Shown here: one piece after another, positions 51,786 through 59,869 of the stretch
Layout of the letters: each line of letters begins with the position of its first letter
Position numbering within the stretch: position 1 is the first letter of the stretch
Source of the DNA: Bacteroidota bacterium
GTDB taxonomy: Bacteria > Bacteroidota > Bacteroidia > 2-12-FULL-35-15
Length of the DNA: 64,000 bases
Direction: 5' to 3'
NCBI GenBank assembly: GCA_037131555.1
Contig: JBAXQU010000006.1
Span: forward strand, 753-64,752
Notes under the pieces: model-generated
What the model saw: only the letters and a program-made list of their open reading frames with translations
What the model was told of the DNA's origin: nothing
Databases searched by the model: none
Position numbers and translations under genes: made by a program

Positions 51786-52082
51786 CTAAGATTTAATAAT
51801 ATCACAGAGCTTCCAGTAACCAAAGTCAATAATGGCATCATCGTAGCAGATGATGCTCTGCATTTCTGTTGACAAGGGACTCATCCCATTCTCAAGTACG
51901 TCTTCCCAGTTTGTCTCATTATGCTTATCAAAGAACTCTAAAGACCAATTTACAATTTCTTCAGCTGTGGAAATATACCCAGTACCTCTTTCCTGCATAA
52001 TCGGATAAAGTTGGTCTACAAAGTGGTCTCCAAGTATTGTTGCAATGAATGCCGTTTCCCGTATTTGTTCTTTGATTTCCAT
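51786..52082 (-). CDS. Hypothetical protein (98 aa)
   Basis: Start moved to MEIKEQ (52082). The track start at 52175 reads through the repeated element and overlaps the upstream gene. Confidence 0.5.
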   Translation of the reverse strand: MEIKEQIRETAFIATILGDHFVDQLYPIMQERGTGYISTAEEIVNWSLEFFDKHNETNWEDVLENGMSPLSTEMQSIICYDDAIIDFGYWKLCDIIKS

Positions 52083-52090
52083 TTTATATT

Positions 52091-52119
52091 TATAGGTCGG
52101 TGATTCCGAAAAAAAGAAA
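52091..52119 (-). promoter_or_regulatory. Island promoter-like element, copy 3
   Basis: In gene orientation: TTTCTTTTTTTCGGAATCACCGACCTATAA. It almost fills the 37-bp gap between the stop at 52120 and the ATG at 52082. Confidence 0.55.
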
Positions 52120-52392
52120 TTATCTGAACTGAAATTTATCAAGGACATCGTATTCCTCTTTTGATATTTCTTCAACTGTGGTCAGCTTTACAGCAACTGA
52201 ACCACCGTGAAAATAATACCATTGCTCTCCTGGTGTAAACTGAAAAGGTTTTTCTCCGTAAAAATTCATAGCATAATCCCTTCCGAATTTCTCTGTGCTT
52301 TTTCTTGAGGAAATTTGATTCACTGAAATAGAAGTATATTCGTATTCACCGTTTCTAATTTTTAAGGATATGAAGATATATTTTAATTTCAT
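52120..52392 (-). CDS. Hypothetical protein (90 aa)
   Basis: ORF preceded by element copy 4. Confidence 0.5.
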   Translation of the reverse strand: MKLKYIFISLKIRNGEYEYTSISVNQISSRKSTEKFGRDYAMNFYGEKPFQFTPGEQWYYFHGGSVAVKLTTVEEISKEEYDVLDKFQFR

Positions 52393-52407
52393 CTTTTTGT
52401 TTATTTT

Positions 52408-52437
52408 TATAGGTCGGAGATTCCGAAAAAAAGAAAG
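52408..52437 (-). promoter_or_regulatory. Island promoter-like element, copy 4
   Basis: In gene orientation: CTTTCTTTTTTTCGGAATCTCCGACCTATA, 15 nt from the ATG at 52392. Confidence 0.55.
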
Positions 52438-52496
52438 GACTGAATTTCTTCAAGTCCCTTCCCCCGATTAATAAGAAAACCTCAAAACTTATTAAT

Positions 52497-52910
52497 CTAT
52501 ACCTGTCGATTGCACTTGAGGTATGTCTCAGAAAACTCCATTATGTTTCTGTATTTTCTACCTCCGCTTTTATAATATACTCCATTGAGATTTGCAGGTG
52601 CTGCCTGTGTATTCAGCTTGTCAACTTCTGAAACGTGGACATAAGTTACATCATTACATAACGAATTTCCATTCATTATTTCTTCTGCTATTTCATCTAT
52701 TATTTCTTTTTCAGAATAAGAATACAACGAAATTAATGAATATGATGGAGCCAATTCGCATGGGTAGATGTGTTCGTTTGCATTATACATATAGACTCCG
52801 TATATCCGTCCACAAGCATTTGCAATATCTCCTCTCCAGTTCCTTGTTTCCTCTATTGAAACAAGTCTGAAGTCTGTCCGTTTTGCTTTATTTATTATTT
52901 CTGATTCCAT
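52497..52910 (-). CDS. Hypothetical protein (137 aa)
   Basis: ORF preceded by element copy 5. Confidence 0.5.
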   Translation of the reverse strand: MESEIINKAKRTDFRLVSIEETRNWRGDIANACGRIYGVYMYNANEHIYPCELAPSYSLISLYSYSEKEIIDEIAEEIMNGNSLCNDVTYVHVSEVDKLNTQAAPANLNGVYYKSGGRKYRNIMEFSETYLKCNRQV

Positions 52911-52915
52911 GTTAT

Positions 52916-52945
52916 TATAGGTAAAAGAATCCGAAAAAAAGAATA
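52916..52945 (-). promoter_or_regulatory. Island promoter-like element, copy 5
   Basis: In gene orientation: TATTCTTTTTTTCGGATTCTTTTACCTATA, with the TATAA ending 4 nt before the ATG. Confidence 0.55.
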
Positions 52946-52946
52946 A

Positions 52947-53150
52947 TTAATTCTCGATTTTTTTCTTTGCTATAACGTAGTTTTCAGTTAGGTCTCTGAA
53001 CTTAACTCTAATCATCTGGTATATATGTGTGCCTGATTTATTTGTAAATAAGTCAACCGCTTCCCCTATGCTATTAGGGCTTAAACATGAAACGTCTTTA
53101 CGAGTCACTTTCCCAGTTTTTTTGTCGTAGACAATTAGTTTGTTTTCCAT
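52947..53150 (-). CDS. Hypothetical protein (67 aa)
   Basis: Start moved to MENKLIV (53150). The track start at 53192 reads through element copy 6. Confidence 0.45.
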   Translation of the reverse strand: MENKLIVYDKKTGKVTRKDVSCLSPNSIGEAVDLFTNKSGTHIYQMIRVKFRDLTENYVIAKKKIEN

Positions 53151-53155
53151 AATCT

Positions 53156-53184
53156 TATAGGTCGGTATTTCCAAAAAAAAGAAA
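53156..53184 (-). promoter_or_regulatory. Island promoter-like element, copy 6
   Basis: In gene orientation: TTTCTTTTTTTTGGAAATACCGACCTATA. Confidence 0.55.
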
Positions 53185-53391
53185 CTATTCAATATCTATT
53201 TTTAAGTCCTCGAACATCTCACCAACCGAAATACCAGCACCTTCCTTTACTTCAATTTCTATTGTAAGTTTCCCTGAGTTGAAAGAATCAATCGTATTTA
53301 AAATTCCAGTAATTGCTGCTTCTGAAAGTTTTGGCACTACGTTATTTTCTAAGTGCCACTGTAGTTCTGAATTACTATGCGTTGTTTTCAT
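53185..53391 (-). CDS. Hypothetical protein (68 aa)
   Basis: ORF starting 2 nt after the upstream gene's stop, with no element between them, so probably co-transcribed. Confidence 0.45.
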   Translation of the reverse strand: MKTTHSNSELQWHLENNVVPKLSEAAITGILNTIDSFNSGKLTIEIEVKEGAGISVGEMFEDLKIDIE

Positions 53392-53393
53392 CT

Positions 53394-53777
53394 TTATATG
53401 TTATTTATGTTAAAATTATCAGCACAATATCTTTTTAATTTCAGAGCATTATAAGCATCATTGCTAAGTACCTTTTCCTGCACAGGTTGATTAAATACAG
53501 CGTGGTTTATTGCTTTTATTATTGTTTCCTGGGTTGGTATTTGTTGCCACTCCTCCTCGCAACACTTGCTCCTTGTGAAGCTTGGATTTACAGCCAATAC
53601 TGCTTGCCACAATGTTGAATCCTTACTCCTATGATTTATGATTAGTGAATAAGTATCATTCCAAGTTATTTGGTTAGGTTTATCAATTACAGTTTGTAAT
53701 CGGGCTTTGATTTCGGGCGATAGAATCCCGTTCATGTTCTTTGCAAACTCCAGGGCCAAAGTGCTTTTCTTCTTCAT
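53394..53777 (-). CDS. Hypothetical protein (127 aa)
   Basis: ORF preceded by element copy 7. Confidence 0.5.
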   Translation of the reverse strand: MKKKSTLALEFAKNMNGILSPEIKARLQTVIDKPNQITWNDTYSLIINHRSKDSTLWQAVLAVNPSFTRSKCCEEEWQQIPTQETIIKAINHAVFNQPVQEKVLSNDAYNALKLKRYCADNFNINNI

Positions 53778-53782
53778 GTCTT

Positions 53783-53813
53783 TATAGGTTGACGATTCCG
53801 AAAAAAAGGAATC
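53783..53813 (-). promoter_or_regulatory. Island promoter-like element, copy 7
   Basis: In gene orientation: GATTCCTTTTTTTCGGAATCGTCAACCTATA. Confidence 0.55.
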
Positions 53814-53816
53814 CTC

Positions 53817-54584
53817 TTAGAAACAAATTGGAATCTTAAATCCACGTTCCTGCCCATTTTCAAAGGTTCCTACTTGCAGTGTTTCGTAATTCTTTTTGTT
53901 GAAATCAAGATGCAAATTTTGTTCTCTCAACACATACATAAACCGTTCAACTGCTTTATCTGTTGTAGTTTCGTAGGTTGTGAATTTATAACGGTATGAA
54001 CTTTGGTCTTTTAGGTATCCGAACAAAAGACAGAATTTTCTCATTTTTATCTCTCTTGTTTGTCCGAAGAAACTGCTTGTAAACTCAGTCGTCTTTCTTG
54101 CACGTAGAATCTGACAGGAATCTTTGAACTCCTTTTTTGACATCATTTTGCCTGTGCTTTGACTTTTCAAATGAGGCTCATTATTGAATATTAGCAACTC
54201 ATCCACCTCCCTCAACAATTTGAAATATTCCTTGGTTGCATTTTGCACCATTTTAATCGCTTTGATGCAATCTTTGTCAGAAATGGACGCAAAGTACTTG
54301 TTTCGCTTTATATGCTCCCATATCTCATTTGTTGAGGAATTATAAGGCAAATTTGTATTCCAATCATCTTCTTTGGCAAATCCAATACCGAGGGTGTTAA
54401 ACTTTGGAAACCCAACAATGGCTTGCTCTTTGTCAACCATAACACGGAACTGCCAGTATTCTTCATCAATGGGAGGTGTAATCACAAATAATGTGTTACC
54501 AAGTTTTACATTATTCTCATCTCCGCCAAAATACTTTTTATTGACTTCTAAGATAAGTTGTGATTTTTTGTTTGTCTTTTTCAT
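53817..54584 (-). CDS. Hypothetical protein (255 aa)
   Basis: Start moved to MKKTNKKSQ (54584). The track start at 54608 lies inside element copy 8. Confidence 0.5.
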   Translation of the reverse strand: MKKTNKKSQLILEVNKKYFGGDENNVKLGNTLFVITPPIDEEYWQFRVMVDKEQAIVGFPKFNTLGIGFAKEDDWNTNLPYNSSTNEIWEHIKRNKYFASISDKDCIKAIKMVQNATKEYFKLLREVDELLIFNNEPHLKSQSTGKMMSKKEFKDSCQILRARKTTEFTSSFFGQTREIKMRKFCLLFGYLKDQSSYRYKFTTYETTTDKAVERFMYVLREQNLHLDFNKKNYETLQVGTFENGQERGFKIPICF

Positions 54585-54589
54585 GTTGT

Positions 54590-54619
54590 TATAGGTAAAG
54601 GAATCCAAAAAAAAGAAAC
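54590..54619 (-). promoter_or_regulatory. Island promoter-like element, copy 8
   Basis: In gene orientation: GTTTCTTTTTTTTGGATTCCTTTACCTATA. It sits back-to-back with copy 9. Confidence 0.55.
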
Positions 54620-54625
54620 TACTAT

Positions 54626-54657
54626 TCTTTCTTTTTTTCGGAAACTCCTACCTATAA
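54626..54657 (+). promoter_or_regulatory. Island promoter-like element, copy 9, the only plus-strand copy; drives ArdC
   Basis: TCTTTCTTTTTTTCGGAAACTCCTACCTATAA, 13 nt from the ATG at 54671. Confidence 0.55.
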
Positions 54658-54670
54658 GAATAAAAACAGA

Positions 54671-55540
54671 ATGAAAAAAGAGGACATATATACTATGGTA
54701 ACTGATAGAATCATTAGTAAGCTTAACACTGGCGTTGTGCCTTGGAACTGCGGATACACAAGCATGGCTCCACAAAATTTCCTGACAAAGAAACCTTACC
54801 GTGGAATTAATCATTGGATAACGATAAGTAATAATTTCTCTTCACCTTATTATTTATCATTCAAACAGGTGAAGGATTTAGGAGGTGCAGTGATTGCAGG
54901 TTCAAAGGGAACTCCCGTTGTCTATTGGCAAATACTTGAGAAGAAAGAAAGGAATGCGGATGGAGTTATGGAGAAAAAAACAATTCCGCTTTTGAAATAT
55001 TATACTGTGTTCAATGCTGAACAAACCACAGGAATAGACTTTCCAGTGGTAGAAAATAAGATTTCAAATATAGCTTTGCTTGATGAAGTGCTTGGAAAGA
55101 TGAATCAGAAGCCTGTTATTCGTGAAAGCCAAATCTACTCTCCATGCTACATTCCTGCACTCGATGAAATAAGAATGCCTTTAAAAAACAGCTATGAATC
55201 ATCAGCAAGATATTATAAAACTTTGCTGCATGAGATAGGTCACTGGACAGGAGCTTCAACCAGACTTAAGAGAGAAGGCATTATGAACTTTGATGGATTT
55301 GGTTCTCACAAATATAGTGTGGAGGAATTGGTTGCAGAGCTTACAGCAAGCTATGCAATGACCTTTGCTGGAATGGAGGAGCAGACGATAGACAACTCAG
55401 CTGCTTATATTCAAAGCTGGATTAAGGCTTTGCAAAACGACACCAAGTTTATTTTCAAAGCAGCCAAGCAAGCTGAACTCGCATGGAAATTTATTAATAA
55501 CGATATAGGTTGCAAGGATGAAATAAAAGAAGCGGCATAA
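54671..55540 (+). CDS. ardC: ArdC-like antirestriction protein (N-terminal ssDNA-binding DUF1738 domain + zincin metallopeptidase)
   Basis: VPWN......KKPYRGINHWI is the ArdC-N pattern. The C-terminal LLHEIGHWTG is HExxH. Confidence 0.8.
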   Translation: MKKEDIYTMVTDRIISKLNTGVVPWNCGYTSMAPQNFLTKKPYRGINHWITISNNFSSPYYLSFKQVKDLGGAVIAGSKGTPVVYWQILEKKERNADGVMEKKTIPLLKYYTVFNAEQTTGIDFPVVENKISNIALLDEVLGKMNQKPVIRESQIYSPCYIPALDEIRMPLKNSYESSARYYKTLLHEIGHWTGASTRLKREGIMNFDGFGSHKYSVEELVAELTASYAMTFAGMEEQTIDNSAAYIQSWIKALQNDTKFIFKAAKQAELAWKFINNDIGCKDEIKEAA

Positions 55541-55546
55541 ACAAAA

Positions 55547-55870
55547 ATGAAAATAATTCCGAGGTGGTTCAATCGGAAAGGTATGGTGATTGCAAGGTTG
55601 CAGTTGCTATATCTTTTCGTATTTATTATTAATAGCTTGCTCTCTCCTGTTGGATGGAGGGTGTTACATAGCATCCTCTCCCTGGCAATTGGTTATTCCA
55701 TTTACAATCTCTCCCTGAAGATGTTTCTCTTTCTGATAGGTTATATAATCGGGTTAGAATTAATATCAAACAGCTTGGTATTTCCTTTTGATTATTTTCA
55801 TCCAATTGGCAAAGAAATTCTCAAGGAAATTTATGAATTAATTAATAGCGAAAAACAGAAAGATGGTTAA
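55547..55870 (+). CDS. Hypothetical small membrane protein; coding status is doubtful
   Basis: Hydrophobic 107-aa ORF containing 2 of the 5 CTCTCCCTG motif copies, so it may be non-coding. Confidence 0.3.
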   Translation: MKIIPRWFNRKGMVIARLQLLYLFVFIINSLLSPVGWRVLHSILSLAIGYSIYNLSLKMFLFLIGYIIGLELISNSLVFPFDYFHPIGKEILKEIYELINSEKQKDG

Positions 55871-55946
55871 TAAATGTATATGATATAGTGTTGCTATGAC
55901 TCTCCCTGAAATAGGTGAAATAATTAAGCAGGAATTAGCAAAGAAA

Positions 55947-56183
55947 TTACTTGACGAATTTCCTGTAATATTCCCAGAAATTAACTGCCACTTCTGTTGG
56001 AAATAAAATCAAGTTTTTGTACTCTGTTGTTTCGATAAACGGTTCCAGTTTTTTCATCAATCGGAAGCTCTCTACCTTGTTATTGCAGTGAAGGATTTGT
56101 TGCAGTGTGAAGTGGTCAACGTAGAGTCGCTTGTTTATTAAATATTGTACAAAGCTATATTCGCCTGTTGGAAGTTGTTCCAT
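55947..56183 (-). CDS. Hypothetical protein (78 aa)
   Basis: ORF with an upstream TTATAAATAGTCGAAAAAAA variant motif. Confidence 0.4.
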   Translation of the reverse strand: MEQLPTGEYSFVQYLINKRLYVDHFTLQQILHCNNKVESFRLMKKLEPFIETTEYKNLILFPTEVAVNFWEYYRKFVK

Positions 56184-56548
56184 AGTTTTTTTGTTATAAA
56201 TAGTCGAAAAAAATAAATGTTACAAAACATTATCTTATAAAAGAAGGAAATTTTAGATGTTGCAATTTTATCCTGGAAAACCCAACCTCTCCCTGGAGCG
56301 ACCCAAATGGGCGTTTTAATGAAACATATCATTACTAGGTTTAAGCACGTTTTGTATTCCGAAATATCCGCCTCTCCCTGGACACTGGTTCCTTAAATAA
56401 GACCCCATTGGCTTAATTTAGTGGCGGTAATGAAGGGGGTAATTTTAGGGCAGGGGCTTAAATAGACCCCCTAAATTTCGTAAAGAAAAAATGTGTTATG
56501 AAAGATTATATTTAGCTATTTATAAGCAGAGAAATCAACAAAAGAATT

Positions 56549-57139
56549 ATGAAAGAAATTGAAGTAAAAACATCTGGAAATAAAGAGGGAGAAAACACTT
56601 ATTTATACTTGAGCACTGTAAAATTTGAGCACCTCAAATATTTGGGAAATATTGAATTTAATGTGGAGCTATTTGTGGCCAATAAAAAGGATGGAAATGA
56701 AGTCTATTTTATTGATGAATTTAACATGAGTGATGTCTTCGAACACTTGAGTCGAAAAGCAACCATAGAAAAATTAATTGAAGTGATGAATGATTACGAT
56801 TTGTTAGTAAAAGAATATGTCCTTTCTACTGAGGAGTTCAGACTTCAATCAGTCGTTGGCAAGGATGTGTTAATTCAAATGACTGGTGAAAAGAAATCAT
56901 TAAAAATGCTGATGGACAAGCTGTATGACTTATGGGATATTCCAAACTTGACTGTGACACTTGAACTTGTTTCAAAGATTCGTTCTGGTCGTCTTCTTGA
57001 GATTTCAGGCGCTGATATAAAAATTGTGAGAGACATGCCTTCTCCCCATTACCTTATCTATTGGCTAATTCAGGACTTCGAAAAAAGAGTGATTGGTAAG
57101 GCCCAAGAAATTTATCCTCAAAGGTTTTATATGTGCTAA
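56549..57139 (+). CDS. Hypothetical protein (196 aa)
   Basis: ORF only. Confidence 0.5.
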   Translation: MKEIEVKTSGNKEGENTYLYLSTVKFEHLKYLGNIEFNVELFVANKKDGNEVYFIDEFNMSDVFEHLSRKATIEKLIEVMNDYDLLVKEYVLSTEEFRLQSVVGKDVLIQMTGEKKSLKMLMDKLYDLWDIPNLTVTLELVSKIRSGRLLEISGADIKIVRDMPSPHYLIYWLIQDFEKRVIGKAQEIYPQRFYMC

Positions 57140-57201
57140 TAATTTCTTGGAACAACAAAAAATGATACTGCCTTTTGAATTAAGCTGTATCCTCCTTCTT
57201 C

Positions 57202-57549
57202 CTATTCCCTGTATGTGTAACCAAGTTCTGCGAAATATTTCTCGCACATAAATTCAATGAAACCCTCTGGGGAAAAATGTTCCTCATCTGCAAAATAACG
57301 CAAGTAGAGCAAAATTAAATTCGGGTGCAGGTCTCTGTTCTGCACGTGATGGAATGCTGGGTTCCCATTGTCAAAGAAAAAGAATTCGTCCTCTTGTGTG
57401 CCAGATTTCAACGTTACTTTGGCAATCTTCTTTGCATTGCTTCGGAATACATTATATGTGATTCCATGCTTGATACTGCCCACTTTCGTTGGTCTTCCAC
57501 TTTTATTTAGGAGAATTATTTCTCCGTTTTCGTTTACTAAATTTTTCAT
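57202..57549 (-). CDS. Hypothetical protein, paralog A of the retron-adjacent small protein
   Basis: Shares collinear blocks with the 59492-59857 product: LLN..G.PT.V...K.G.TYN, KKI.KVT.KSG..EDEF.FF..G.PAFH and EGFI.FMC. Confidence 0.55.
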   Translation of the reverse strand: MKNLVNENGEIILLNKSGRPTKVGSIKHGITYNVFRSNAKKIAKVTLKSGTQEDEFFFFDNGNPAFHHVQNRDLHPNLILLYLRYFADEEHFSPEGFIEFMCEKYFAELGYTYRE

Positions 57550-57776
57550 AATTCTTTTTTCTTATAAATAGTTAAGAAAAAGTGAAAAACTACGTTACAA
57601 TACAAAAAGACTCTTGCTTAAAAGCAACAAGATTGGGTTTCCCGAACTACAAATTCCACAATATTGAATCTGATATATTATACATATTCTCAACAATAAA
57701 ATATCTACTTCAGTATTGCATATTAAACCTATTTAATAAGATGTCAGGTCTCCGTTTTTAATTCCAAAAATATAGT

Positions 57777-57784
57777 TACATTTG
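57777..57784 (+). promoter_or_regulatory. Bacteroidota-type -7 box (TACATTTG) upstream of the PD-(D/E)xK operon
   Basis: Matches TAnnTTTG, 17 nt upstream of the ATG at 57801. Confidence 0.4.
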
Positions 57785-57800
57785 ATAAAAATTTAAAACC

Positions 57801-58826
57801 ATGAAGCCAAATATTTTCGAAATTTCAACAAAAGAACTTAGTCAAGACGCCTTTATAACTTGGTTGTTACAATGGGCTGATATATCTAACATTGAATATG
57901 ATGCTAACTTGAGAATTTGTGGTTCTGAATTTATCTCTGAATTAATCAAAAAGGAAATGCCTGAATTTAATGAACCCATAACTACTGTTCGAGCTGGAAG
58001 GCAATGGGAGAATATTGATGTATGGGCAGAAGTAAATGACAAATACTTAATTATTATTGAAGATAAAACTTATACAGGGCAACATTCAGGCCAGTTAGCC
58101 AGATATAGAGCAATTGCAGAAAAATGGTGTAATGAACAGACTCCAAAATATAATTCTCCCATTTGTATTTATTTAAAAACAGGAAATGAATCTCAACAAA
58201 GTCTAAAGATAGTTCAGGAAGATGGTTTTAAAATTTATCAAAGACATGATTTTATTACACTCCTACAAAATCACAACTTAAACAATGATATTATTAATGA
58301 TTTTAAAGCTCGCATTATTAATATTGAAAAAGTAAATAATGAGTGGGAATCTAAACTTATTAAAGAATGGAATGGAAACGACTGGCAGGGATTTTTCCAG
58401 TATTTAGAAAAGGAAATAAATATAGCTGGATGGAACTTTGTAAATAATCCAAATGGCGGATTTTGGAACTCAGTCTTAAATTGGGAGTATTGGAATGATT
58501 ATCCTGTTTATTTGCAAACTGAAGAATTTAAACTTTGTTTTAAAATTTCAACTGACCCAGAAGAAGTTGATATGCCGCAAGATATTACTCGTGGTGAAAT
58601 ACGAGACGAAATTAGTACTTTGATTCTCAAAAACGCAAAGGAAAAAGGTCTTAATTTTATTCGCCGACCTGATAGATTTGGGAATGGAAAATCTATGACT
58701 GTGGCTATTGTGGATGGTATTCATTGGCTTGGAGATAAAGAACAGAAAATAGTTAAAGAAAATGTGGTAGCAATACTTAAATCTTACAAAAACTTTCTAA
58801 TTGAGGTAATTAAAACTGGTAAATAA
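57801..58826 (+). CDS. PD-(D/E)xK nuclease superfamily protein
   Basis: N-terminus ELSQDAFITWLLQW, then IDVWAEV...YLIIIEDKTYT, which fits the D...ExK core. Confidence 0.65.
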   Translation: MKPNIFEISTKELSQDAFITWLLQWADISNIEYDANLRICGSEFISELIKKEMPEFNEPITTVRAGRQWENIDVWAEVNDKYLIIIEDKTYTGQHSGQLARYRAIAEKWCNEQTPKYNSPICIYLKTGNESQQSLKIVQEDGFKIYQRHDFITLLQNHNLNNDIINDFKARIINIEKVNNEWESKLIKEWNGNDWQGFFQYLEKEINIAGWNFVNNPNGGFWNSVLNWEYWNDYPVYLQTEEFKLCFKISTDPEEVDMPQDITRGEIRDEISTLILKNAKEKGLNFIRRPDRFGNGKSMTVAIVDGIHWLGDKEQKIVKENVVAILKSYKNFLIEVIKTGK

Positions 58827-58839
58827 ATTATAATTTAAT

Positions 58840-59409
58840 ATGGAGTTAATAAAATTAGCTGATATAATATACAAGAATACAAATAAACTAAATTTTGGAG
58901 GGAATAAGGATTGGGATGATTCAATTTTTTTGAAGATTTGGTTTGACAATTTAGCTGAATCCATACCTAATAACAAAGGATTGTACTGGTTTATTTCTGA
59001 TTGTAATTTATCGCAATTAAAACTACCTAAAGAATTCCCCAAGAATGGTTGCAATTTTAGTGAAACGAGCTATAATAATGTTAAAACGTTTGGGGACTCA
59101 TTATTGACTTATTTAGATGAAAAGAAACAAAGAGTAGTATATAATGGACATCAACAAAATGTAATGAATAGAGTCCGCCAGCACTTTCATTTGGATAACC
59201 AAACAACAGGTGCTTTAGGAATAAAAAAGTATTCACTCTCATCCTCAACTTGGATTTTAAAATACTTTACATTAAATGACGTTCCAAAAATTATTGATGA
59301 AAAAGAAAAGAGCCAAATAACGAGTTTGCTTAATTCAACCACTGGAAGAATTGCATTGGAAAATGCATGGAGAATAAAATATGGATGGCCACCACTTTGT
59401 AAACTTTAA
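58840..59409 (+). CDS. Hypothetical protein; weak GIY-YIG-like features
   Basis: KGLYWFI ... VVYNGHQQNVMNRVRQH ... LENAW, but the GIY-to-YIG spacing is far longer than canonical. Starts 13 nt after the nuclease gene, suggesting an operon. Confidence 0.35.
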   Translation: MELIKLADIIYKNTNKLNFGGNKDWDDSIFLKIWFDNLAESIPNNKGLYWFISDCNLSQLKLPKEFPKNGCNFSETSYNNVKTFGDSLLTYLDEKKQRVVYNGHQQNVMNRVRQHFHLDNQTTGALGIKKYSLSSSTWILKYFTLNDVPKIIDEKEKSQITSLLNSTTGRIALENAWRIKYGWPPLCKL

Positions 59410-59491
59410 AGATGTCAATTCCTGAATTCAATAATCACAATTGGGAGTTTAATTAAATCACTTAATTTTTCTGCAAAAACAATTCTTATTT

Positions 59492-59857
59492 CTATTCACT
59501 CTCTTCATATTCTTGACATGTGTAGCCCTCAATTGCAAAGTGGCAACCACACATGAAATCTATAAATCCTTCAGCGCTTTTCTGGGTTTCTTTGGTGAAA
59601 TATTTTAAATAGATTCCTTTCAATTGAAAGGAATCGCCTGTATCTTGCTGTATATTATGGAAAGCGGGTGTTCCGCTTTCAAAGAAATAAAATTCATCTT
59701 CAAGTTGACCAGATTTGATTGTTACTTTGGTTATCTTCTTTGGACCGTTCATTGACTCATTATAAGTAACTCCTTGCTTCAAGGTTGCAACCCTTGTGGG
59801 AATTCCATTCGCATTGAGGAGAACGATGTGCCCATATTGGTTAGGTATATATTCCAT
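59492..59857 (-). CDS. Hypothetical protein, paralog B, starting 12 nt downstream of the retron RT
   Basis: See paralog A. Its position makes it a candidate retron partner or effector. Confidence 0.55.
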   Translation of the reverse strand: MEYIPNQYGHIVLLNANGIPTRVATLKQGVTYNESMNGPKKITKVTIKSGQLEDEFYFFESGTPAFHNIQQDTGDSFQLKGIYLKYFTKETQKSAEGFIDFMCGCHFAIEGYTCQEYEESE

Positions 59858-59869
59858 GTTTTTTCTTGT

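Noticed and set aside
51786-52175. Track start codons at 52175, 53192 and 54608, which extend three small genes upstream
   Set aside because: The extensions translate the conserved 30-bp intergenic element (FFFSESPTYKYK, FFFLEIPTYKI, DSFTYNN) and overlap the preceding gene or element. The internal ATGs at 52082, 53150 and 54584 sit in the same position relative to the element as in the other copies.
50057-54657. Reading the repeated 30-bp elements as integron-like attC / cassette recombination sites next to the serine recombinase
   Set aside because: The element has no attC-like imperfect palindrome. It sits at the 5' side of each gene, and it flips orientation together with the gene (the back-to-back copies at 54590-54657). 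That pattern fits promoters or 5' regulatory elements, not cassette boundaries.
58840-59409. A confident GIY-YIG nuclease call for the 189-aa protein
   Set aside because: GLY and YNG-like motifs are present, but they are separated by about 45 residues instead of the canonical 10-11. It is left as hypothetical with a low-confidence note.
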